A stretch of 62,571 nucleotides of DNA, the filler included, from Hausera hauseri (Eukaryota), in NCBI GenBank assembly GCA_046269625.1. It is 11 parts of 11 records of this genome, joined end to end, with 100 filler letters (N's around TTAATTAATTAA, not from the genome) between each part and the next. Parts side by side here need not be neighbours in the genome. Positions count along the whole stretch, not along the records: positions 21,368 to 26,561 come from JBJURY010310942.1; positions 26,662 to 31,522 come from JBJURY010412700.1; positions 31,623 to 37,050 come from JBJURY010257623.1; 8 more parts are not named here. One strand, given 5' to 3'. How positions within the stretch are numbered: the stretch's first letter is position 1; every line of letters starts with the position of its first letter. Positions 23,849 to 37,045 of this stretch are shown here, in pieces. Made by a program: the position numbers and the translations under genes. The notes beneath the pieces are model-generated. The model ran no database searches and was not told the DNA's origin. It saw only the letters and a program-made list of their open reading frames with translations.

Positions 23849-26561
23849 TCATTGGTCTGTGTGCATTGCGTCGTCCTCGAAGAAATCGTGTTTTATTCGA
23901 AACGCCAGTGTCTGTACGCCCAACGCATTTCGCTCTACCCACTTACGCTTATCAACATTACATGATAAAGCGACTTTTGTATTCGTTACCATATACGGTT
24001 GGTACTTAATTGATCGGATGATCGTTTGGAACACAGCAGCCTTTTTTTGTTCTCCTCGTCGTCCTCCGTCTTCTGCTTCTCCTCTTTCATGGACACAGCG
24101 ATAATTACCGTGGTTTATTTCGGTCTGGGCCAACTGAACTCCTTTTGTGCGCATTTTCGGTCCAAGGTCCGTCAGAAGCCTGTAGCACTGGACGCAGAAA
24201 AATTCATTCTCCATACTGAACATGACCTTCGCAACCGATTTTGTTTGTGATGATGTTGCTGTACAATGGATGATTTTGTAGGTAGTTGGACATGTCCAGT
24301 AATCCGTCTGCCATCATTTGCTGCAGTAGCTGTTCGCAATTGACGTTTTTTAGTTTCGGGAAAAAACTGTTACCTGCAATTATATTAACCGTGCAGCCAT
24401 CAAACGTTTACCGGTATTGTGTAAAGTCGCTATACTTCAGCTCATACACCCGCAGTTTGTTTAGATCTAATACCATCAACCTTATAATTTGCCCGATCCA
24501 GTACAACTTCTTCCCTGTTTAAATACATGGCAACCAATCCATCGACAACATGCACTGACCGCCTGTATTGAGCTTTATTGATGTACGTAACCAATCGCTT
24601 TTCACTGTTGCATAGGCGTACGTTGAGCCGCCTTTTCAGATTCTCTACTGTCCTTCCGTAGGGAGAATCGTTTTTTAGTTGTAATAGTACTTTTCAAACT
24701 TCGTGCAGGCCGGGGCTCGTTTTTCCGAATTTCCACCTATATACGATTTGAATATCGGAGCCTGTGCGAATCGGTTTGCGCGATGCAGCTGTACGACGCG
24801 TCCACCGATCTGCATGTAAAATTGCAACAGACGCCAATGAATAATGTAATTTGATTTGTTTTTATGCGTCATAAGCAACTTCTTCGCCTTTGAGCCTGGC
24901 GGACATTTAATGATTGGTACGACCGGTAATTTATCCGGAAAGTCATGCAGCTTATCTGGTACTACGACATTGACTTCCATCAGGTATCCGATTGTATTTT
25001 TTTGGCATATATACTCTCGGCAGGTTTTCTATTATGTCGTACAGGTCTTGTCTGTCGACGATCCATTCAAATGAACCGTATGGCAAGGGTTGTGAAAGCG
25101 CCCAGCTGTACAGGTTATTAATGTCGATATACAACAGTGATGTGATGTCATCACTTGTAGCCGCAGCAGCACTAACATGTTACTTGTTGACAAATGTCGT
25201 GCCGCTACGAATACTACCATCAAGTAGTCGGTACATTTCTGGCTTTTGTAACAGCTCATTTCAATCCAGTGACATCAGAGCTGATGCCAAACTCATTCCC
25301 GGTATGGAATAAAAGTTGAGCGGCTCCAACCTATCTTCCGCCAAGGCTTAGCCCGAAATGTCTGAAACACATCGGCTGATGAGTACGTATCCACTTTCAG
25401 ATACTGAAGCATGTACTCCAACAGGTTTCTGCAATCAAGCTTTGCCAAAAACGACTGCTTTGTGATATTTGTCTGCGATACCGGGCCATTGGGTTGGTAA
25501 TTCGTCTGTCGTCTGAAGCCGCTCGTACGATATTACAAAGTCATACTGGTATATGCCTTTGCTACGCGCAATATGCACAGGGAACAGAGTCATTGTTAGC
25601 GGCACATTTGGCAAGGCATTTACCAGTTTGGCCAATGATTCATTGAGAAATTGCAATGAATCGAGGAAGCGTATTTGGATCCGGTTCATACGACCATCGT
25701 AGTCGGAATTACGGATAGTTCCCAGTGCGGAAATCCGCTTCTTGCTCATTTCAAAATATGGTGACAATCATAACCTTTGAAGTTATGAAATACCACCGGT
25801 AGGAATGGCTGCACACGCCTTGCCAAATTGTATGAATTACATGCAGTTCCTAGGTTTTGGCCGGTAAAGTGATCGTGATCCGGTACGAGCCGTTCCAGTG
25901 CGTTAAACGGTAATATTTTGATGCACAACTAACATCTGTGACTGCTAACGTTAGGCGTTTATATTCATCTGTCCACATCAAGGGTTTATTGCTATTTCTA
26001 CTGTATCAGGGTGCGACTTCCGTTTCTACTATTGTTTCCAACTGGTGTAGGAAATCGCGTACGCAGTTCCAGCCATGAAAAACGTAATATTGCGGTTGAC
26101 CTGCGGCTTTTATTGGGACAACCAACATACCGACGGCGATTGGAACATGTTTTTGATCGTATATGTCATGCCGTGGTAGTATTGCCTCAATATCGGCATA
26201 TACTACATATGCCGGACTGTCAGTTTTCGACCAGTCACTAAATCGCAGCTCCTTTTTTACTGGCATGACATACATTGTGGTTCCCGATGAATTTTGTCTG
26301 CATAGCGCCACGTGTTTTTGCCATGTCGCTTCTGATCTGAAGCCATGCAAACATATAGGGCACCATTTGCAACGTATACGCTTTTCGATGAACTGGTCAT
26401 GATCCATGTTCAGCAGTCGGTCCAAATTTGTCACGGCCACGTAATGGAATTTTTCCTTTTGCTCCAATAACAACAAATTTATTAGGCGACCATTTGGGTT
26501 CCGACTACGGTAGATTATATCCACATGGGGATTTTTGTAAATTTCTTCATCCGCCGGTATT
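23849..26561 (-). pseudogene. pPolB (Polinton/Maverick type), second family, heavily decayed
   Basis: HYVAVTNLDRLL..CPIC, VYADIEA (Exo I), DHDHFTG, VVFHNFKGYD (Exo II), RFLDS, YIDINNLY (motif A), SPYGRTVEN (motif B), motif C degraded to IIAGNSFF, and KVALSCNVDKR. Confidence 0.9.
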
Positions 26562-28849
26562 NNNNNNNNNNNNNNNNNNNNNNNNNNNNNNNNNNNNNNN
26601 NNNNNTTAATTAATTAANNNNNNNNNNNNNNNNNNNNNNNNNNNNNNNNNNNNNNNNNNNNGAAAAATTTATTAACTGTCCTGGATATCTGAGTATAGTC
26701 TGAATGTCAGCACTGCTCTCTATATTTTAAAAATATTGAAATATAGCTATTCGTTGGTTGTTAATTGCTCAGTTCTGGTTGGAATAACAAATGAGAATAT
26801 GACTAACAGTTCACAAAAAATTAACTAAGCTCATATCAAATTGCACCCACTTGTGTTGTAATGACGATCATTGAAAAGGATTTATCGGATGAAAATATCA
26901 CGTTCAGTTCAAACAATGATAACGTATTACGTGAGAAAAAAACTCAACGCTTGTTTATGGGTGAGAATTGTTTTCCATTTTCAAAAAATAACCAAACAGG
27001 TCTTCAAGTTCAGAACATTCTTCTAACCAACCGATGGTGAATAAATACTTAGAGCTGCTCTTTTGAAAGCCATCTGTGTCATCCAATCGGCATAACCGGC
27101 CAATCAAAATACAACCTATTAAATCCGGCTAATAAAAACTTTTATTCAAACACCATAATTTATTGCTAATAGAGTAAAAAGGATATGAGACAGAATTTGA
27201 TTCTTTGAGTCAAAGGATTAGTCAACTTGTAATTTACCAGTTTAAAAATCAATGAAAAATATCGCCCATTTTGTTACAAAAAATATACGGTAAAAATTTA
27301 AAAAGAACTTACCTTAATTTTTTTGCATTTAATGATTGACTTTCCATGAAAAATTGCAATTATAAAAACAAATTACTTTTGCATATTTTTAAAATTTGTT
27401 TCATGGTCATTTAAATTATTGTCCAGCAAATTTTCAATAATTTCATTGGTTTTGGCTATCAAAACAACATTATTAACATTATTAATCCGTGATATTCGGA
27501 AATCGTATTTATACGAGTTTATAACCTCCCACGAAATATTCATATTTGAAAGCCTGTTAATCAAGTGAAGTTTTAAACATTTCTACTATTTTCGAAGCTT
27601 TGCTGAATATGTTCGAAATTGTCAAAATATAATCTTGGATTTAATGACCTTTGAATTTTTGAATTATCGATGATTCAGATTAAGGCAAACAATTTCGAAT
27701 AAATATAGTTGGAATTTCATTGATTGTATTGATTACTACAATTTAAGTTTGATTGTTATTGACATACAAAAAAGTCAAAAGTGAATTATTGATTGTATGT
27801 GTGTTGTATCATTGACCTGGAATAAATTGATTTCTTCATAAATGATTGAAGCTGATGATGGTGCTGTGTATTGGAAAATTGGTAATTTTAAATGCAATTG
27901 TTTTAATAAGTGAAACTATTGGAAAAATTCGTATAAAAATTTATTGATTTTGACAAGGTTTTTTTCAGTTTTTGAACAGAAAAATTTGAGAAAAAACTGG
28001 TTAGCAGATTTGGCAGTGAATGAGATATGCAACTTTGGTATTCTTTAACACGTTCATCGCCACGTTAGTCGTTTGTGACTGACACTCACCGTTTGAAACC
28101 ATTTTTCCTTTATTCATGGTAGCATTTAATTATATATTATCATTAAAGTTAACCAAAAAATTAACGAATCTTTCTTATTATTTATGCAGCAACTGTGGGG
28201 TCACTAAGACACACTTAGTTGCATAGTCGTAAAGCTATGAATAAAGAATATGGGACTGTATTATATCGTTTTGAAATTCCGTATAATATTCCGCTTCGAT
28301 TTGCTTATCATTTTCAAACAGCAACTCGAAACGTACTATTTTAACAGCAATTCCGGAAATAATTGGAGCCAGAAATTGGGAGCAAACATTAAATCCCACA
28401 CTTTGTCTAATATATTAAAACTTTTTGCAAAACAAATGGACAAATTAACATGTACGATACTGCATAAATGTTTTCAAAATTTATTTAAATATTGATAAAA
28501 TAATAATAATCAATTCTGATCGCATTATATCCGGCAATAAAGGAAATTCATGGTGTGTTGTTTAATAGATGAAACAGACTTTTACTAATCACTAAGAAAT
28601 GTTGATAAGGATTTTATTTTTACTACAAATTCAATGGAATTATCGAATTGAATGTAGTGGTCTTCACATTTGTGATGAGGCATATTTTGTTTGGTACCCG
28701 GAAAAACAATTTGTCGGATCGAAAATTCTAGTCGAATATAAAAATTACGCTCGACAGACGATTGTTAAAGAAATAGAGGTTACCATTTTGTATACGTCTC
28801 CTTAGTTGATACTTGACAGAGAAATTCGTCTAATTCGAGTTTTCATATT

Positions 28850-29700
28850 GCCGAGGTACTACAAAATTACTGGGAGGCTCACGAAATTAAATTTAGAGCG
28901 ATGAATTCGTCGTTCCTTTTCTTGAAGACGAGTTCAAATAGCGAGGAATACATGAAATATTCCTTGAATATGGGAGGTAAAAGTAGGCGGGTATTTGTAT
29001 GATGTCTGTAAAAATGACTGCTGAAGAGGACATTCTTATTTTGTCAACTTGTACGGATAATGAGAAGCATTCCATTAAATATATTCGTACTATTGGATTG
29101 GGAGTCATGCAAACCTTGGTTGAACATATCCCAAATTAACTAAAATTAATCCAGGCCCAACATCACTACCTGTTCAGTTGAAACACATTGTTTTCACTTC
29201 GGAAATTTTGCGTTGCAAATTTGATCATCAAAGAGTTTTTTAATGAAGATGCTGCACCATGGTTATCATCAGGTTCATTCGTCTGACTCCATGGAAATTT
29301 CAATCAGATTTGCAGGAAGTGCGGAATTCATTAGCTACGTGTCGAGTTCGTTTGTCGAATATACACAATTACAAGTGTCGTGGATGATCAACAATCATCT
29401 ATATCTGTACATCCCAACTGGATTCGATGTGTCGTTGTTGATATCTGTGGCAACACAAACGTACTACTGAAGAAATTCAAAGTTGCTATTGTCAACCGAC
29501 AAACGCATTCTGTTTTGATTAACGCCTCGTTTCTGCACCACAGATATTACTGGGTTGCGTTGTTTGCTCCAGTGATATAATTGATGACTATATGAGCAGA
29601 TTGCTATAATGACTGTGTGGACTACCCGGCCACTGAATATTACGGAATTTTCTTCAACCCGCAGAAATGTAGTTATAGTTCTGTAGACAAGGCCTGTGCC
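28850..29700 (-). pseudogene. Possible Polinton minor capsid (penton) relic
   Basis: Fragmented frames NFFSSTFVLPQ..IESSWDV resemble the penton N-terminal N..S.F..LP..WEV pattern, and the region is next to the protease relic. Weak evidence. Confidence 0.25.
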
Positions 29701-29749
29701 AATGCAACTGATGTTCACATCACAGATACAGATATCACATGCGAATTTG

Positions 29750-30100
29750 GATGGCCGGTCAATCAATCATACAGCTATATCACAAATAACGGCCGATGTT
29801 GGTCGTATGGAATAAGCTTATGCAGAACATGTAGAGAAGTCCGTGTATCATAGATCTATCAACATTTATCTGGAGTAGAATGAATTGGATGAACTCGTGT
29901 CAGATTTTCATGCCGGTTGCTTCAAGGCCACGACGTCCATTGGTAACCTGGTAACATTTAGGGGTCTGCATGCCGATAATTGACAATAAAAAAAGATATT
30001 GTACGCAGAATTCCATTCACTGTAAGTCCCGGCAAAATAATAATAATACCATCATCATATCTTCGATCTGCTCTGGAACCCATTGAAATGGTGAATATGC
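29750..30100 (-). pseudogene. Probable adenain-like cysteine protease relic (Polinton PRO)
   Basis: IVNYRHADP*MLPGYQW at ~29987-29938 matches the IVNxDxxxxPGxHW motif, with the catalytic His lost. Polinton gene context. Confidence 0.5.
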
Positions 30101-30345
30101 AGTGTCATTTCATCTCAGGTAAAATGACTTCTGATGAAAAACAGTAAAATACAAGAAACCGACATTTAATAATTCTGTATATAAATTTCAATCAACTTAT
30201 CGATTTTGTATTGCCTAACAATAAAATTAAATTTAACAATATGAAGGCCTGAAACATCAGGAGTTGTTCCACTTCACTTTGAGTATAAGAATGATGAAAA
30301 TTGGAAGGGGGAATTGAAAATGTGAATGGTATAGATGAACAATCT

Positions 30346-30573
30346 TTATTTTTGCTTTCCAATATCAACACGACCCAGAACAATCTGTTGCAAAACTGCC
30401 ATAAAATCATTGAGAACAAAAGGAGGCATTGCATGAATCGTTTGCCATCTAATGTTTGCTGGTGCTCTGAGAAGCGATTTGAAATACGGTATACTCCGAG
30501 AAAACCGTCTTAGTTTTGGTGACCTATTCTTACTATCACCATCAACATTCATATGAACTTTTTTAAAACGCAT
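30346..30573 (-). pseudogene. Polinton small virion protein, homolog of 22298-22678
   Basis: MPPFVLNDFMAVLQQIVLGRVDIG aligns with FPQFVVDDLMKILYNIVLGHVDIG. Confidence 0.6.
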
Positions 30574-32653
30574 TTTTACGTATTTTTCGTCTCCTGACTG
30601 ATTGTTTACATTTGTTTATAATACCATTACCCTTCTGCTGCTTCTTTGATCGTTTTGTTCTTTTTCTTCGCTTTGATTTATAAGACAACAATGATTTATT
30701 CATGCTACGATTTCTCATTTGAAAGACACTATTTTTCATTTGTCCTATTTTGTTTATAAACCGTTATTTTTTTGGTTTGAACATATCACTTTTAACATTC
30801 TTGAGCTTTGAGTGTTACAGTAAGGCCACTGCCCTGTGAGTCTAAGCCTTACGTTGCAGTCCATGTGGATCAGCTTGACATTCTGTTTGTCTTTCGCCGG
30901 TCTGAGCACAGCCAAAACCATGTGGGCAGGCTGCAGTGTTTTTGTATAGCTACTGCTGTGGTTTTGCTTTGATGGGAATATTATGCTTCCACAGCAGCCG
31001 TTCTTCGTTTCAGATGCAGTGAACTGAATCGGGCATCTTTTGTTTCCTCTTTGGTATATTTTTTTCTTTAGGTTAAATGTACTTCTATGCCTTTTTAACA
31101 CCCACTCTTGCACACAGACACACATCTTCTTTGTATGTCTTGGTCCTTGAATCCCCTTTTTTTAACCCATCTTTTTCCTTGGGTTAAACCTTCCAGTTTG
31201 ATCAATCATTGATGATCCCAGGTGTCCTGAGCCCTCGGGGAATATCATGATTGGTATCCAGTCCTTATGTACACCCCCTTCATCCCCATCACACACACAC
31301 CTGCAGGCTCCTTACACCCCCTCCCCTTCTTGCTTTTCCAGATCACAGTTAAACCTTATCCTAACCCCTGCCCCAGTTTCTCCCTCTCGCTCCTTGGCTG
31401 TTTCTTATCTCAGTCTCCCTCTCTCTACACCCTGGACGTCAGTGAGCCAGCTTCAATTAAAGAAGCAGTGGGGTTCCCTAAGCCATTAGCCATATTAGTG
31501 TTGGGTCCATGCCTATGCCCCCNNNNNNNNNNNNNNNNNNNNNNNNNNNNNNNNNNNNNNNNNNNNTTAATTAATTAANNNNNNNNNNNNNNNNNNNNNN
31601 NNNNNNNNNNNNNNNNNNNNNNCGCTAATATTGTTTGTTTATCGTTTTTACCAGATGTGGAATTGTATACTGAACAGAAATCAATAATACGATTGATTTG
31701 ATTGATCTGTAGTCAACTTATGAGTTAATAAATGTTTGCCATGACAAATGACGTACGTTATCTTCTGGACGACTTTCTCAGCAGTTTTTCATTTCACAAA
31801 AATGCCATTCTAAACGGGATTTTTACATGAAATGTTGTGTCTATCATATCATGGTTACTTTTGGAGTAGTAATCATCAAATTAGTGAGTACAGTTCTTTG
31901 CAAGGTCTACAAGTACAAATTGATGTAAGATTCCGGATTTGGTTGACAAGAAAGTTGACAACGTTATGATATGACGGTAATTCCGTTGTCATGGATTTGG
32001 TTGTTTGTATGACCGATAAAGTTTATGGTACTTTCTGATGGTATATCTGGCATTAATATTTAAAATGAAAAAGAGCGCCACGGACAAATTTCATGTTGCA
32101 GTACGAGTAGTTCGAAATGATAAAAATTATCCATGATACATGTCAGATTATATCAATTAACATAAACAGTTTGAATGTGATATGTAAATCGTAATTTATT
32201 GAACATTATCACAGAATCCCAAACGATATGCCAATTACCGCAACCAATGATTTTTGCTAATCAAACATATGACCATTATCGATGTCCTGATGACGCTGGT
32301 TCGACTATGGAGGATGATCATTCGGATTCGTCAAAGAAATTTTGCTGTTTAGTCGAATCAACTTTACAATGCTGCAACAAGACCAAGTTCAAGTAAAATG
32401 GTTGTCATTTTCTAAATATAGCAATAGTTTGTATTATTGTTAGTCATCGTTTTACAAAATATTATGTGACTTACAAATGAGATGTGTGATGGGAAAATTG
32501 ATTGCGTTCAATTGCTGAACGAATTACAACATTATCAGCCTCTAACAAAGGACGACTTGTAGTTCGAACAATGTGCATTACAAGCATTAAAAAAGAATTG
32601 AACAAGAAGACGAATATGTGCATATGAATGTAGCAAATTGGTCATCATCATCA

Positions 32654-32857
32654 TCAGTGTCTTCCCAAATTCCATTCATGTATTTTTTCTATACCAATAC
32701 AAAATATAGCATTTGGGCATTTCCTACATATTGGACAATTCTTTCTTAACCATTTTACAGAGAATCTATGATTGTCACATTCTGCTATTCTCAAATTATT
32801 TTCAATCGTCACTGTCAGACAAATTCTACACGTTTTGTCCATTTTTGAATTAATCAT
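32654..32857 (-). CDS. Small RING-finger-like protein (degenerate), downstream of pPolB
   Basis: CRIC..C-DN-HRF..W..CPICR pattern; the central CxxC pair is missing. Confidence 0.55.
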   Translation of the reverse strand: MINSKMDKTCRICLTVTIENNLRIAECDNHRFSVKWLRKNCPICRKCPNAIFCIGIEKIHEWNLGRH

Positions 32858-33039
32858 AGAGTAATGCCAGTATTGACTTCAAATTTGAATTTCAAATTTA
32901 TTGATTTTCAATATATTACCGTATATTAATTAATATTAATTGAATAAAAACTCAAAACATTTATTCAACATATATACATATAGAACGTGAACAAACAGTA
33001 ACAAAGGTAATAAATCATAACTGAAAATGTCCATATTCT

Positions 33040-36015
33040 AAGATGTTTTTTGTTATCAAACCAATCCAGGCCCTTTTTGATCTGATGAGCCTGAAATTTA
33101 ATCATTCTCATTTCTGATATTGTGTTTGATCCCTCAGCGCCTTGAATGTTGGGACCATGATATTATAGTGGAAATCGTACATCAAGGTCTTCGATAGGTC
33201 TGGTATCGACGTGCCGACATAAATTGGCTTCTTGAACTCCAGCGATATCTTCAGCATATGGATGCTAACTAGATTTTTTGCTATATTGTGCTGTTGTGGA
33301 AGTTCGGCTTTGCTATGAGCTTTTTTGCTCTCTTCCAATCATACTGACTCAATGTTGATTGTGTTCCTGATGTTTTCCATAATTTTGCCGAAAACACTGT
33401 TGTTATACGGCTTGAACTGATCTTTTTCGAAATCGTTTTTGGCATTGGCCCTCAACTGTGTGTTAAAGTCAACATATGATTGTAGCCACATGGGCTAGCT
33501 GAACTGCAGGACCCGATGGATCTTTGTGATACGGAATCCATTTTTCATAGCCTGCTGAAGATTTATATAATGGGCTACAAATCGTTCTGGACACCAGTAT
33601 ATCACAGCATAGCTGCCCAACTCATCTCTGGTGCGATAAAGAATGAACCGGATCCAACTTATGGCTCTGAAGCGTCACTTCCCTGAAGCCTTCGAAGACA
33701 TATGTTAACAGCAACACATCCGTTTGAGGTACATGTCACTATATTCTCCGATTGTTTTACAATGGGATGCATTCCAGACCTTTGGAGCATGCTCATAATC
33801 ATCATCACTGATATCTGAGGCTGACAGCTAACTATAAAGTCCTTCTTAGCTGGCAATGATGTTTCATCCAAGATTCCCATAATGTGATATAATCATAAGG
33901 GAAAACTCTTTTCCTTTTGACCAAGTCAAAAGTTGATGGGAAGAATTTCTTTGTTTCCTTTAGTTCATATGATGGAAGATCCTTGACAAGGCTATCAAGA
34001 GATGAACTCATGAAACGGAAACTGTCAATGAATCGGAGTCTTATGTGTCCAACATGCTTGGAAAAAGTGGCATATCTCTCCTCACTGTTTGGGATGACAT
34101 CAATATTCCCTTCGATGTTTCCAAGTTCTCTGATTATGAAATGGGGATCATAGCCACTGAGATTATGGAAGATCACAGGCACAAATGTTAAAGTCCGGTA
34201 GCGTAAATGGCATGAATTGCATGCTGCACCTCTATATTCGCCGGTTACAATACAATGATCACGTATCTTGTAATTGTCCATCGTGAATAGTTTGCAACAC
34301 ATGTAACATGTTGTTGCACTTGGCCATTCACCTTCTTCTTTGGCTCATATTATCATACTTTTAAGTTTCATATTTTTAATCATGTGTGTCAAATCTTCCA
34401 ATTTGTGCATAAAATAATGTGCTGCATTTGAACCCCTGAATAAACATGGCTCCTTGTCAATTCCTTTTGCATACATGCAAAAGGATAATAGCGCATGGTG
34501 TTGGTGTGCTGTCGTATTACTTTGTTGAGGATCTGGACTGCAACTCTGAACTGGACTAAGGATAGCCTCAAAGTCGCAATATATGGTAAATGGCACTTTA
34601 TGCATCTCATATTCTTTGAATTCAATATAATTTTCTTTGGGGAATTCCGTTCTGATGCAATGATTGCTGTTATAATACATTTTGTGTTCTTCAAGCCTTT
34701 CCACAGCTAAGTCACCACTGAAGTGGGACTTTGCATACTTTTAAAGGATAGAATTTATCCGTTTCATCAAGTTCAAAGATATTGGTGGATATCTGGTTCA
34801 CTTGTTCAAATCTTTCAATTTCATGTATTGTTGGTGGGAATATCATGAAACACGTGAAGCATGCTTTTAATCCTTTACGACTGCGAATTTTGAAAGAATG
34901 TAATATTTGAAGCACATGTTGTCGTCATTTTGAACATTGACCCGTGCTTCTTTCAGTGCACTCCATTTTGGAAGCTTTATATAAGAGCTTCCTCGCATTG
35001 AGGAGTACCTGTGCACATGAATTATCAACCGTTTTATGGTTTCAAGAGTCCACCCGATCTTCTTATCTTGGCTCTCATCAGCTTCACGTATGAGTTTTGC
35101 ATGTTCTTCATACAAAAATCCTGATATATGGCTGGCTTCTAATATTGGTCTGTTTTTCGTTGGGAAAGCCCTATTTGACTCTTCACTCTCGACGTTGGAA
35201 AGTGTGGCCTCTAATATTAAATTGACTTTGATGGCTTTGAGCTCAATCAAGTTATCTTGTAGAATTCCAACAGTTTCATTCTTTGAATAATCCAGAAAGG
35301 CATGGAGTGTAGTTTGCCCTGTGGCAACTATGACATATCGCCTCACTTTTGCTTTGAATGTATGATTCTCTGGATTTCGGGACCTTTGACATATTGATGG
35401 AGCATTTGGATTGTTTGTGATCCGTTTTAATCCTGTATGAACAATTGGTTGCACTGATATTGTTACAGGATTGGATACATTTAGAGAAATTGTATACTTA
35501 TGTTCATTAAAAATCATCTTCTTTGACTTGGTTGTGAAATCACACTAATGAACTTTATGATCATCATAAAACTGCTAATAGTCTGATCAGATAACAATTT
35601 CACATCTAGGACAGATGAAGAAGTCCAGACTGTTGATTCTGTATGCATAATATCTCTGCATTGTACTTTGGTAGTTCTGAGGAATGTGTACACTGGATGT
35701 ACAATCACTGTAAATGTTGGACATACACTGAAATTCTAAAATAGATGTGGTTAATTTTTCATGAGAGCTAAATTAAAAACTTACCATTTGTGGAGCATAA
35801 GCAATGATGGGTTTAATCTTGTAGACGATTTTTTTCTTGGATGCTTCATACGAAGATAGATGATGTTTATGTACGTCACAGAAATCTTCATAACTGGTTC
35901 TGCTAACTGCCTCACATGTTAGACATATAAAATATTCGCATCTATTGAAACTGAAACTAAAATATGGTTTCATCAACTTGTGACAATTCTGTTTATCATC
36001 ATGAACATTTGCCAA
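33040..36015 (-). pseudogene. pPolB, same family as 7623-11615, with internal deletions
   Basis: NCHKLMKPYF..YFICLTCE, RGSSYIKLP, YCDFEA, DHCIVTGEYRGAAC, FHNLSGYD, RFIDSFRFMSSSLDSLVKDL and NNSVFGK. Motifs A and C are absent at deletion junctions near 33585 and 33138. Confidence 0.92.
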
Positions 36016-36059
36016 GCAGTTGACATGGAATTTAATAATTTAATTTAAGTTAGAAATAA

Positions 36060-36735
36060 TTTACCGTTGACCAAGTTTTCGAGTTCAACTCGATAATTAT
36101 TCGATTCGGAAACTTGTTTTCGAATATCTGACATCGGATTCGGATTCCCCATGTATTCTTTCCTATCTGTCTACGTTTAAAGATTTTTCGAATTTTGCTT
36201 CCTTTGGAGAAAACACGTGTTCTCAAACACACCAACATTCGAATCGATATTGTTCGATAAGCAATTGATCGATTTAAAAGCTGATGGCCCAGTTGTATAG
36301 AGTAACGTTTTTTCAATAGATTTGACTTGGTCATAAGTTCGAACCATCAATATTCGAATGATCACAAAACCAATATTATTGATTTTCACCAATTTCGAAT
36401 CGTGAACCAAATATTTCAAGTGCACGGATCGATGCATGCACATGTTCTCTATCGATTAGCACTTTAACCCGATCGATAAATGGATCGGGTTACTGTGCAA
36501 AATCGATTCTTCGAAAATCGATTCTTGGTTGCTATTCACGTAGTTACCATAACAACCGCCACCGGACAGTGGTTCCCCTAGTTACGGTCCCATGGCAACA
36601 TAACCACTAACAACAGTTGTCATGGGGCCGTGACCATAGCAACAGGCACTTCGAGATTGTTCCCATAGTGAAGTTCCATAATTACGGTAAGCCTCTTCCA
36701 GGGGTGGGCTGAACATACATTTTTTCCCTAGTAAT
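36060..36735. repeat. Palindrome-rich terminal region of the second pPolB copy, ending ...TTTTTTCCCTAGT
   Basis: TTCGAA/ATCGAT-dense. Shares ttagcacttt..cccgatcga with ~12511 and the GGGGAATC motif (inverted at ~36145). Contains X-box-like motifs. Confidence 0.7.
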
Positions 36736-36932
36736 AACATTCACCAACACCTGGTTACTAAAAAAGTAACCATAAAACACCTCCAGATGGTTAGGGCAGA
36801 TATTAAATTCTGCACCAAAAATCACTTATGGTACATTAAATTAACTTTAGTCCAAATTTGTCTTTGCGATATCAGAGGTCCTGACAGTAGGTGGAAAGAA
36901 GGACTTTGCACCACCCCCCCCAGGAAGGAAGG

Positions 36933-37045
36933 AAGGAAGCCAATGGGAGGAGAACACGTCATTGGTGGAAGGGAAACTGGCGAATGGGAGGAAGACACGT
37001 CATCGTGGGAACGAAGGAAGCCAATGGGAGTAGAGGACCAATCAG
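36933..37045 (+). repeat. Three ~40-bp diverged tandem units (GCCAATGGGAG..ACACGTCA)
   Basis: Units start at ~36939, 36980 and 37020. Confidence 0.8.

Noticed and set aside
28045-28100. TTAA-CACGTTCATCGCC as a piggyBac-like end
   Set aside because: No partner TIR or transposase visible in the contig.
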